In this document: positions 1-7,384 of the stretch, piece by piece
Layout: every line of letters starts with the position of its first letter
How positions within the stretch are numbered: position 1 is the first letter of the stretch
From: SAR116 cluster bacterium AG-426-I14
GTDB lineage: Bacteria > Pseudomonadota > Alphaproteobacteria > Puniceispirillales > Marisalimonadaceae
Direction of reading: 5' to 3'
Assembly (NCBI GenBank): GCA_003210055.1
Contig: QCNS01000026.1
Span: 3,231 to 27,230 of the forward strand
Length of the DNA: 24,000 nucleotides
Translations under genes and position numbers: made by a program
Notes under the pieces: model-generated
The model's input: only the letters and a program-made list of their open reading frames with translations
Told to the model about the DNA's origin: nothing
Database searches by the model: none

Positions 1-1
1 A

Positions 2-670
2 ATAGCAAAAAACAAAAATTCAAAAATAAATATATTACAATTGACAAAGCTAGCGTCGGAAATTTTCTTCCTTCAAGTATTTAGAGATGGTTTTTTTCAT
101 GCAGATTTACATCCAGGAAATATTATTATAGATAATGAAGGAAGGATAGTTCCCCTTGATTTTGGTATAATGGGAAGGTTGACTAATAAAGATAGAAAGT
201 TTCTTGCTGAGTTATTAATGAATCTTTTAGACAAAAATTTTTCTTCTGTTACCAAATTACATTCAGATTATAACATGCTTGGTAAAAATGTATCACATGA
301 ATTATTGACCCACGAAATAAGGGCTCTAACCATACCTATACTAGATAAACCAATTGGTAAAATTTCTCTAGCAAGCTTGTTAGGAGAAATATTATCCTTG
401 TCAAACAAATTTGATATTGAAATACAGCCAAAATTTTGCCTATTACAAAAAACTATGGTTATGGCAGAGGGTATGGCGCGTCAAATTAACCCTAAAGCCA
501 ATATGTGGCAATTGACTAGACCATTAGTTGAAAAGTGGATAGAAGAAAATTTTGATCCTTTTAATATTATTGAAGATTGGATAGATAAAAATAAAAAAAT
601 AATTCACAATTTACCTGAATTATTTCATAAAATAGATAAATTAATTGAAAAATTTTTAAAAAATAAGTAA
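2..670 (+). CDS. ubiB: UbiB/ABC1-family ubiquinone biosynthesis kinase-like protein, C-terminal part (5' end lies outside the window)
   Basis: The reading frame is open from the window edge (frame of nt 2), so M at 41 is not the true start. The motif FRDGFFHADLHPGNIIID matches the UbiB/ABC1 catalytic-loop signature (E. coli UbiB has FRDSFFHADMHPGNIF). The ubiB-coaBC-dut order is conserved in alphaproteobacteria. Confidence 0.85.
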   Translation: MAKNKNSKINILQLTKLASEIFFLQVFRDGFFHADLHPGNIIIDNEGRIVPLDFGIMGRLTNKDRKFLAELLMNLLDKNFSSVTKLHSDYNMLGKNVSHELLTHEIRALTIPILDKPIGKISLASLLGEILSLSNKFDIEIQPKFCLLQKTMVMAEGMARQINPKANMWQLTRPLVEKWIEENFDPFNIIEDWIDKNKKIIHNLPELFHKIDKLIEKFLKNK

Positions 671-684
671 AATAATATTATTTT
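669..684. promoter_or_regulatory. Perfect 16-bp A/T palindrome AAAATAATATTATTTT, 11 bp upstream of the coaBC ATG; speculative operator
   Basis: Read directly: 669-676 aaaataat is the reverse complement of 677-684 attatttt. It overlaps the ubiB stop codon. It is all A/T, so the chance expectation in this genome is not negligible. Confidence 0.2.
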
Positions 685-694
685 TTGAAAAAAT

Positions 695-2167
695 ATGAAT
701 TATTATAAAAATATTTCACAACTTGTGTTTGATTTAGGTGGAACGGGTGTAGTTGCTAAAAAGTTAAACTTACGCCCCTCTACTGTATCAAATTGGAAAA
801 AAAATAATAAGATTCCTTCTTCATACTTTGATAAAATTAATTTTTTATCCATGGAATTAATTAAAAATTCTTCTAATCCTAATTTATCTAGTGAATTTAT
901 TTTTTCTAATTCAAAAATTTATAAAGTTCTCATGATACTATGTGGAGGAGTTGCTTGCTATAAGTCACTAGAGTTAATAAGGGAGTTTAAAAAAAATAAT
1001 GTTGAACTAAATATAATTCTAACTGAGTCTGCTCAAAAGTTTATTAATCCTATTCTTGTTACAAGTTTAAATGGTAAAAAATGCTACAGTGAATTATTTT
1101 CTAGTGAAGATGAAGAGAATATGAATCACATAAAATTAGCAAGGGACAATGATTTGGTACTAGTTGCACCTGCTACAGCAAATCTTATAGGCAAATTAGC
1201 TAATGGTTTAGCAGATGACCTAGCATCAAATGTACTTCTTGCTACAAATAATAATATAGTTTTAGCTCCCTCAATGAATCCTTTTATGTGGTTAAATACT
1301 GCTACTCAATCAAATATTAAAACACTTAAAGAAAGAGGAATTGAATTTATAGAGCCAGAAAGTGGTGAAATGGCATGTGGTGAAGAAGGAGTTGGTAGAC
1401 TTCCTGAAGTTAAAAATATTTTTGAGCATGTGATTAAAAAACTCTCAAATTCAAGTTTTAATTTAGATGGTATAAATGAAGTTAAAAATTATAAATGTAA
1501 AAACCTAAAAGTAATAGTAACTGCTGGGCCAACAGAAGAGGATATAGACCCTATTCGTTTTGTAAGCAACAAATCATCAGGGAAACAAGGTTATGCTATA
1601 GCTGAAGCATTTAGAGATGAAGGGGCAAATGTAATTTTAATTACTGGCCCTACAAACATAAAAAAACCTAATGTAAATAAAATAATTGAGGTAAAAACCG
1701 CTAAAGAGATGCTAGATAATTCTTTATCAAATTTACCTGCTGATATTTTCATCAGTGCTGCAGCAGTTGCTGACTGGAAGTTAATACCTTTAACTGCTAA
1801 TAGAAATTATAAAAACAAGACTATTAAACTTAAAAAAACGAACTTTAAAGATGATGAAATTCTTTTTAAAGCTAAAAGCAATCCTGATATTTTAAAGACT
1901 ATTGCTGTAAATAAAAAAAGACCTAGATTAGTTATAGGTTTTGCTGCAGAAACTGAAAACTTAATAGAAAATGCAAAATCAAAATTACAAGAAAAAAAAA
2001 TTGATATTATTTTAGCCAACAAAATTAATAATAATAATCGTGTGTTTGGAAGTGATTATAACGTTATTTCCTTCGTAGAAAAAAATAAGTTAGAAAATTA
2101 TGATAAAAAAACCAAACAAGAGATTGCACAAATTCTTATAAAGAAAATAATTAAAAAATTAATGTGA
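695..2167 (+). CDS. coaBC: Bifunctional phosphopantothenoylcysteine decarboxylase / phosphopantothenate-cysteine ligase (CoaBC/Dfp) with an atypical ~75-aa N-terminal extension
   Basis: CoaC flavoprotein motifs: ILCGGVACYKS, PATANLIGKLANGLADDL, PSMNPFMW, MACGEEGVGRLPE. CoaB motifs: VTAGPTEEDIDPIRFVSNKSSGKQG, AAAVADW. The canonical fold begins near aa 77. Alternative starts are M53 (nt 851) and M80 (nt 932), so the start is uncertain. Confidence 0.9.
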   Translation: MNYYKNISQLVFDLGGTGVVAKKLNLRPSTVSNWKKNNKIPSSYFDKINFLSMELIKNSSNPNLSSEFIFSNSKIYKVLMILCGGVACYKSLELIREFKKNNVELNIILTESAQKFINPILVTSLNGKKCYSELFSSEDEENMNHIKLARDNDLVLVAPATANLIGKLANGLADDLASNVLLATNNNIVLAPSMNPFMWLNTATQSNIKTLKERGIEFIEPESGEMACGEEGVGRLPEVKNIFEHVIKKLSNSSFNLDGINEVKNYKCKNLKVIVTAGPTEEDIDPIRFVSNKSSGKQGYAIAEAFRDEGANVILITGPTNIKKPNVNKIIEVKTAKEMLDNSLSNLPADIFISAAAVADWKLIPLTANRNYKNKTIKLKKTNFKDDEILFKAKSNPDILKTIAVNKKRPRLVIGFAAETENLIENAKSKLQEKKIDIILANKINNNNRVFGSDYNVISFVEKNKLENYDKKTKQEIAQILIKKIIKKLM

Positions 2168-2176
2168 ATTTATTTT

Positions 2177-2626
2177 ATGGAATTTGTTTTTGTCGAGAAA
2201 GTAAATTTTGGAAAAGACCTTCCTTTACCAAAATATGAGACTGAACTTGCATCTGGCATAGACTTGTATGCTGCAATTTCAAAAGTTATTACTTTAAAAC
2301 CAGGTCAACATGAATTAATTGCATCTGGAATAAAAATAAAAATGTCTGCGAATTTAGAGGGTCAAATAAGACCAAGATCTGGATTAGCTCTAAAATATGG
2401 TGTGACAGTTTTAAATGCACCAGGTACTATTGATGCCGATTTTAGTGGAGAAATCGGGATAATCTTAATTAACCATGGAAATGAAAACTTTTTAATTAAA
2501 CCAAAAATGAGGATTGCTCAATTAGTTTTTTCGCCAATTATAAGACCGAAAATAAAAGAAAAAAAATTATATCAATTTAAAACAATTAGAGGTAAAAAAG
2601 GGTTTGGTTCTACTGGGATTAGTTAA
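2177..2626 (+). CDS. dut: dUTP diphosphatase (dUTPase)
   Basis: Trimeric dUTPase motifs are present: SGIDLYA, RPRSGLALKYG, GTIDADFSGEIGIILINHG, RIAQLVF and the C-terminal RGKKGFGSTG. Length is 149 aa. Confidence 0.95.
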   Translation: MEFVFVEKVNFGKDLPLPKYETELASGIDLYAAISKVITLKPGQHELIASGIKIKMSANLEGQIRPRSGLALKYGVTVLNAPGTIDADFSGEIGIILINHGNENFLIKPKMRIAQLVFSPIIRPKIKEKKLYQFKTIRGKKGFGSTGIS

Positions 2627-2628
2627 TT

Positions 2629-3411
2629 ATGTTAGACGAACAGGATTTAATTAGATATTCAAGACAAGTAATAATTCCAGATATTGAAGAACAAGGTCAG
2701 GAAATATTAATTGCCCAAAAAATTCTGATTGTAGGTGCAGGTGGGTTAGGTTGTCCTGTTGGATTATACTGTGCAGCCGCTGGTTTTGGGAATATTGAAA
2801 TTTGGGATAATGATAATATTGAATTATCTAATCTAAATAGACAAATTGCTCACCAAACAAACGAAATAGGACTAAATAAAGCGAAAAGTTTAGAAAAAAA
2901 GTGCTTACAAGTTAATTCTTCAATTAACGTTAAATCTAGAGATATAGTCTTTAATGAAAAATCAGACGTAAAAAAATTTGATATAATTTTCGATTGTACA
3001 GATAATATAGAGGCAAGATATAAAATTAATAAATTAGCTCATCAAAATAAAAAACTTTTAATTTCTGGTTCAGCCACACAATTTGAAGGACAAGTTTTAG
3101 TAATTAAAAGTGGTTTGAATAAAAAATATCCATGTTATGAATGTGTTTTTCCAAAAACTTCTGAAAACAACGTTGATTTTAACTGTAGAAATGCAGGTAT
3201 ACTCGGTTCTATAACTAGTTTTATTGCAAGCATCCAAGTCACAGAAGCTATTAGAGAAATTTTAAAATTAAATAAACATAATATTGAAGGTAAAAATAAT
3301 TTTTATCTTCAAAAATCTAACGCAGAATATTTGATCCTGTATGATGGTTCTTTACAAGAAATCAATAAGATTAAATTGAATAAAAACTTAAATTGTGATA
3401 CTTGCAACTGA
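2629..3411 (+). CDS. ThiF/MoeB/HesA-family sulfur-carrier-protein adenylyltransferase (E1-like)
   Basis: RYSRQ start and Rossmann motif IVGAGGLGCPVGLYCAAAG, followed by DNDNIELSNLNRQ. Two CxxC zinc pairs (PCYEC and NCDTC) sit at positions equivalent to E. coli MoeB/ThiF. There is no C-terminal rhodanese domain. ThiF cannot be distinguished from MoeB using the sequence alone. Confidence 0.85.
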   Translation: MLDEQDLIRYSRQVIIPDIEEQGQEILIAQKILIVGAGGLGCPVGLYCAAAGFGNIEIWDNDNIELSNLNRQIAHQTNEIGLNKAKSLEKKCLQVNSSINVKSRDIVFNEKSDVKKFDIIFDCTDNIEARYKINKLAHQNKKLLISGSATQFEGQVLVIKSGLNKKYPCYECVFPKTSENNVDFNCRNAGILGSITSFIASIQVTEAIREILKLNKHNIEGKNNFYLQKSNAEYLILYDGSLQEINKIKLNKNLNCDTCN

Positions 3412-3415
3412 TTAT

Positions 3416-3925
3416 ATGAAAAAAACTAATTTTCTCATACTTATTTGTATATTCGTTCTCAAAAGCTGTATTGCTTTTTCAAATGAAGTTTTGATTTCAT
3501 CTAAATCAGGTCTAAAATTTAATAAATCTATTGCCTCTATTAAAACCTCCAAAGCAAATGTTAGGTTTGGACCAGGTGAACAATTTCCCATAAAGTGGAC
3601 ATACTTTAAAAGACATTGGCCTATTTTATTAATTGATAAATTTGATCATTGGAAAAAGATAAAAACAGTTGATAATACTATAGGATGGATACATGATTCA
3701 CAAATTTCTAGAACAAAAACCAGTTTGGTCATTTTTTCTGATTATTTAAGAAAGTATCCTGAAACAAAATCTAAAAAGATTGCTTTTTTAAAAAAAAAGG
3801 TGCTTGTTGAGATTAAAAGCTGCAGAATATCTTGGTGTGAAGTACAAGTTGTTAAAGAGAAATATAATGGCTGGTATATTAAAAATTACCTATGGGAAGC
3901 TAATCTAGTTAAAATTAATGATTAA
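3416..3925 (+). CDS. Exported SH3-like domain protein (alphaproteobacterial COG3807/DUF1058-type, two bacterial SH3 repeats)
   Basis: The ATG at 3416 gives a signal peptide, MKKTNFLILICIFVLKSCIAFS. The pattern ANVRFGPGEQFPIKWTYFKRHWPILLIDKFDHWKKIKTVDNTIGWIH, a second repeat ending SWCEVQV..NGWYIKNYLW, matches the conserved SH3_4-type family. The track's GTG start at 3395 would overlap the upstream gene by 17 nt and add 7 residues before the signal peptide. Confidence 0.75.
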   Translation: MKKTNFLILICIFVLKSCIAFSNEVLISSKSGLKFNKSIASIKTSKANVRFGPGEQFPIKWTYFKRHWPILLIDKFDHWKKIKTVDNTIGWIHDSQISRTKTSLVIFSDYLRKYPETKSKKIAFLKKKVLVEIKSCRISWCEVQVVKEKYNGWYIKNYLWEANLVKIND

Positions 3926-3939
3926 AGTATACTCATTCT

Positions 3940-3968
3940 TTGATTTATTTATAAAAAATATATATATA
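3940..3968 (+). promoter_or_regulatory. Candidate sigma70-type promoter for fabA-fabB-fabI (TTGATT, 17-bp spacer, TATATA)
   Basis: -35-like TTGATT lies at 3940-3945 and -10-like TATATA at 3963-3968, within a TA tract. An AGGA lies 7 nt upstream of the fabA TTG start. Such matches occur easily by chance in AT-rich DNA. Confidence 0.25.
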
Positions 3969-3970
3969 TA
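3958..3970. repeat. Short alternating (AT/TA)6 dinucleotide tract in the SH3-fabA intergenic region
   Basis: Read directly: atatatatatata at 3958-3970. Confidence 0.7.
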
Positions 3971-3998
3971 ATACTATTAAATAACATAGGATAAATTC

Positions 3999-4520
3999 TT
4001 GCCGTTACTAAAAACAAATTTTAAATATGAAGAATTAATTGCTTGCGCCAAAGGTAAATTAGCCGGCATAGACTTTCCACGTCTACCGATGCCTCCAATG
4101 TTAATGTTTGATAAAATCACAAATATTACTGATACAGGTGGAGAATATAATAAAGGAACTGCAAGAGCAGAGTTTAAAATTACTCCAGATAAATGGTTCT
4201 TTGGATGTCATTTTGAGAATGATCCAGTAATGCCAGGCTGTCTAGGGATGGATGGATTGTGGCAACTTCTTGGTTTTTGTCTTGGGATTATGGGTGGAAG
4301 AGGCAAGGGAAGAGCACTATCTGTTGGAAATGTAAAATTTAGTGGACAAATTTTGCCTATGGCAAATAAAGTCGAATATTTATTAGATTTTAAAAAAATC
4401 ATAAATAGAAAATTAATGCTTGGCATAGCCGATGGAAAAGTTTTTTGTGATAATGAAATAGTATTTGAAGCTTCAGATATTAGAGTGGGTCTTTTTCAAG
4501 ATCAATCAAAAACAACTTGA
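3999..4520 (+). CDS. fabA: 3-hydroxydecanoyl-ACP dehydratase / trans-2-decenoyl-ACP isomerase
   Basis: The sequence is collinear with E. coli FabA. WFFGCHFENDPVMPGCLGMDGLWQLLGF contains the active-site His and Asp region. GKGRALSVGNVKFSGQILP and the C-terminal VGLFQD also match. TTG start with an upstream AGGA. Confidence 0.93.
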   Translation: MPLLKTNFKYEELIACAKGKLAGIDFPRLPMPPMLMFDKITNITDTGGEYNKGTARAEFKITPDKWFFGCHFENDPVMPGCLGMDGLWQLLGFCLGIMGGRGKGRALSVGNVKFSGQILPMANKVEYLLDFKKIINRKLMLGIADGKVFCDNEIVFEASDIRVGLFQDQSKTT

Positions 4521-4532
4521 TACGGAAAATTC

Positions 4533-5771
4533 ATGGAAAATTTTAAAAGAGTTGTAGTTACTGGATTAGGCATCGTTAGTCCTATTGGCAACAACCAAGA
4601 AGAGGTTAAAGACTCTCTTATGAATTCTAAATCAGGTATAGTTTTTTGTGAAAATTATAAAGAAATGGGATTTAGAAGCCAAGTACATGGTGATGTAAAA
4701 ATAGATTTTGAAAATTATTTAGAAAAAAAAGATCTCAGATTTATGGGTGAGGGTTCAGCTTACACTGCTATAGCTATGAAAGAAGCTATAAAAGATGCTA
4801 ATTTGTCTGAAAAATTAGTATCAAATGTCGATACTGGGCTAATTGCTGGATCTGGTGGTCCAAGTACCGCAAATCTATTACATGCCTTTGATACTGCAAG
4901 AAATAAAGGTCCTAAAAGAGTTGGGCCTTTCATGGTACCTAGATGCATGAGTTCTACAGTGTCTGCCTGTCTATCCACAATGTTTAAAATAAAAGGATTA
5001 AACTTTTCTATAACATCTGCATGTTCTACATCCTCACACTGTATTGGGATGGCCTCAGATAACATAAAATATGGTAAACAGAAAATAGTCTTTGCTGGTG
5101 GTGGAGAAGAATTGGATTGGACATTATCAGTTCTTTTTGACGCTATGGGAGCTATGTCTAGCAAGTACAATGATAAACCCGAAATAGCATCTAGACCATA
5201 TGATTTAAATAGAGATGGATTTGTCATTGCAGGCGGTGGTGGGATTATTGTTTTGGAAGAATTAGAACATGCTATAAAAAGAGGGGCAAAGATTTATGGC
5301 GAAATTATAGGGCATGCAGCTAACTCCGATGGTTACGACATGGTGGCTCCAAGTGGTGAAGGAGCCGTAAGATGCATGAAACAAGCACTAATTGGTATTG
5401 ACAAACAAATCGATTATATCAACTCTCATGGAACAAGTACTCCTGTTGGAGATATTCAAGAAATTGAAGCAATAAAAGAAGTTTTTCGTGATAAAAAATT
5501 ACCTACTATAACCAGCACAAAGTCTCTAACCGGCCATTCTCTTGGAGCAACAGGTGTTCATGAGGCTATTTATACTCTTATTATGATGAAAAATAATTTT
5601 ATTTCAGGGTCATCAAATATTTTTGAACCAGACCCAGGTATTAAAAATATTGATATACCACGTACGTCTAAGAAAAATATACATATTGATACTGCTTTAT
5701 CCAATTCATTTGGTTTTGGAGGTACCAATGCATGTCTTGTTCTTTCAAAGTTTTCTGAGAATTCAAAATGA
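4533..5771 (+). CDS. fabB: 3-oxoacyl-ACP synthase I (KAS I)
   Basis: Near full-length collinearity with E. coli FabB: [17 protein letters not shown]; catalytic Cys in [13 protein letters not shown]; [17 protein letters not shown]; [13 protein letters not shown]; catalytic His residues in [11 protein letters not shown] and TGHSLGATG; [11 protein letters not shown]. Confidence 0.95.
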   Translation: MENFKRVVVTGLGIVSPIGNNQEEVKDSLMNSKSGIVFCENYKEMGFRSQVHGDVKIDFENYLEKKDLRFMGEGSAYTAIAMKEAIKDANLSEKLVSNVDTGLIAGSGGPSTANLLHAFDTARNKGPKRVGPFMVPRCMSSTVSACLSTMFKIKGLNFSITSACSTSSHCIGMASDNIKYGKQKIVFAGGGEELDWTLSVLFDAMGAMSSKYNDKPEIASRPYDLNRDGFVIAGGGGIIVLEELEHAIKRGAKIYGEIIGHAANSDGYDMVAPSGEGAVRCMKQALIGIDKQIDYINSHGTSTPVGDIQEIEAIKEVFRDKKLPTITSTKSLTGHSLGATGVHEAIYTLIMMKNNFISGSSNIFEPDPGIKNIDIPRTSKKNIHIDTALSNSFGFGGTNACLVLSKFSENSK

Positions 5772-6574
5772 AATTAATGCAGGATAAAAAAGGCATCATT
5801 ATGGGTATTGCTAATGAAAGATCTATTGCATGGGGCATTGCAAAAGAGTTGAGTAAGCATGGTGCAGACTTAATTTTTACTTACCAGAACGAGAGTTTGA
5901 AAAAAAGAATAATACCTTTAGCTGAAAGTGTTAACAGTAAGGAATTATATCAATGTGATGTGTCAGAGGAACCTAGTCAATTAAATTCGATTGAAAATTT
6001 TGTTTCAAAATTAAAATCACATTCCTACAAAATAGACTTCATTGTTCATGCGATAGCATTTTCAGATAAGGAAGAGCTTAAAGGGAAATATTTAGAAACT
6101 TCTAGAGAGAATTTTTTGCAAACATTAGATATTTCAACTTTCAGTTTTACAAGAATTGCAAAATCAAGTTTACCAATAATAAATCCAAATGGGGGTTCTT
6201 TGTTAACTTTAACCTATCTGGGTGCAAAAAGAACTACGCCGAACTATAATGTTATGGGCGTCGCTAAAGCAGCCCTTGAAACATCGGTAAAATATATGTC
6301 TATGGATCTTGGTCCAAAAAATATTAGAGTAAATGCAATTTCCGCTGGCCCAATGAAAACTCTAGCTGGTGCCGCAATTTCTGGAGCAAGACATGTTTTT
6401 AGGTATTCTGAAAGTGTAACACCCTTAAAAAGTAATCCTGATTTAGAACAGGTAGGAAACGCTGCTCTATATCTACTTTCTGATTTGTCAAGTGGTGTGT
6501 CAGGAGTTATACATAATGTAGATGGTGGATTACATTCATCAGGTGTGCCGGCCCAAAAAGATATTGATTTTTAA
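5768..6574 (+). CDS. fabI: Enoyl-ACP reductase (NADH), FabI type
   Basis: [14 protein letters not shown] nucleotide-binding motif, [12 protein letters not shown] (Tyr-x6-Lys catalytic pair) and [12 protein letters not shown]. The ATGA start/stop overlaps fabB. Confidence 0.93.
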   Translation: MKLMQDKKGIIMGIANERSIAWGIAKELSKHGADLIFTYQNESLKKRIIPLAESVNSKELYQCDVSEEPSQLNSIENFVSKLKSHSYKIDFIVHAIAFSDKEELKGKYLETSRENFLQTLDISTFSFTRIAKSSLPIINPNGGSLLTLTYLGAKRTTPNYNVMGVAKAALETSVKYMSMDLGPKNIRVNAISAGPMKTLAGAAISGARHVFRYSESVTPLKSNPDLEQVGNAALYLLSDLSSGVSGVIHNVDGGLHSSGVPAQKDIDF

Positions 6575-6576
6575 AA

Positions 6577-7368
6577 TTATTTATCTTTCCACAATGGTTT
6601 TCTTTTTTCTGCAAATGCTGTCATCCCTTCAACATGATCTTCAAGGGCAAAGGTAGACATAAAAATAGATCTTTCTGCTCTCAATCCTTCCTGAAGTGGT
6701 GTTTCGTAACTTAAATTAACTGATTCTTTTGCTAATCGGGCAAGTGCAGATGACTTGCTTGCTATTTTCGTAGAAATTTTAGTAATATTTTCCATAAATT
6801 CATTACTTTTAAAAACTTTTGCTACGAGTCCACATTTTTCTGCTTCAAAAGCATCAATCATATCGCCTGTCAAAATTGCATACATAGCTTTTGACTTACC
6901 TATATATCTAGGCATCCTTTGACTTCCTCCAGCTCCTGGAATTGCTCCAACATTAATCTCAGGCTGACCAAATTTAGCGTCTTCCGAGGCAATAATAAAA
7001 TCACATGACATTGCAAGTTCACAACCACCACCTAGAGCAAAACCGTTAACAGCCGCTATAATGGGTTTTTGTAAATTCGAAAAATAAGACCAATTTTTTT
7101 CTATATATCTTATTTCTGATATTTTTGCAAAAGATAGAGGCAACATTTCCTTAAGATCAGCTCCAGCAGCAAACGCTTTTTCAGAACCTTTAAGTACTAT
7201 GCAGTTAACATTTGGATCTTCATCAAAACTTTTACAATTTTCATATATTGCCTCCACAAATCCTGCTGATAGAGGATTAAGAGGGTTTTCATGACAAAGT
7301 TTGACCCAACCAACTTTATCCGATATTTCAGTTTTAACCCAATCTGATCTCTTAATATAACTTGTCAT
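6577..7368 (-). CDS. Enoyl-CoA hydratase/isomerase (crotonase) family protein
   Basis: Crotonase-fold signatures: KAFAAGADLKEM, VNGFALGGGCELAMSCDFIIASEDAKFGQPEINVGAIPGAGGSQRMPR and EGMTAFAEKRKP. Substrate specificity cannot be read from the sequence. Confidence 0.85.
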   Translation of the reverse strand: MTSYIKRSDWVKTEISDKVGWVKLCHENPLNPLSAGFVEAIYENCKSFDEDPNVNCIVLKGSEKAFAAGADLKEMLPLSFAKISEIRYIEKNWSYFSNLQKPIIAAVNGFALGGGCELAMSCDFIIASEDAKFGQPEINVGAIPGAGGSQRMPRYIGKSKAMYAILTGDMIDAFEAEKCGLVAKVFKSNEFMENITKISTKIASKSSALARLAKESVNLSYETPLQEGLRAERSIFMSTFALEDHVEGMTAFAEKRKPLWKDK

Positions 7369-7384
7369 TTTTTACTCCAACAAT

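Noticed and set aside
1992-2000. A9 homopolymer inside coaBC as a possible frameshift or slippage site
   Set aside because: The reading frame is continuous through it (QEKKID) and the conserved CoaB sequence continues downstream. Long A runs from AAA Lys codons are normal in this AT-rich genome.
1807-2022. 71-aa minus-strand ORF inside coaBC, plus similar small antisense ORFs at 9813-10046 (truB), 16672-16875 (metK), 17198-17458 (lnt) and 19143-19334 (corC)
   Set aside because: Each is antisense to a confidently assigned gene, is short, and lacks motifs.
3395-3415. GTG start at 3395 for the SH3-like protein, as given in the ORF track
   Set aside because: The ATG at 3416 yields a canonical signal peptide directly (MKKTNFLILICIFVL...). 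It also avoids a 17-nt overlap with the upstream thiF/moeB-like gene, so the ATG is preferred.
4760-5227. 155-aa ORF antisense to fabB, and the 72-aa ORF at 4208-4426 antisense to fabA
   Set aside because: Both are embedded in genes with near full-length collinearity to E. coli FabB and FabA. They have no motifs and no independent start context, so they are shadow ORFs.
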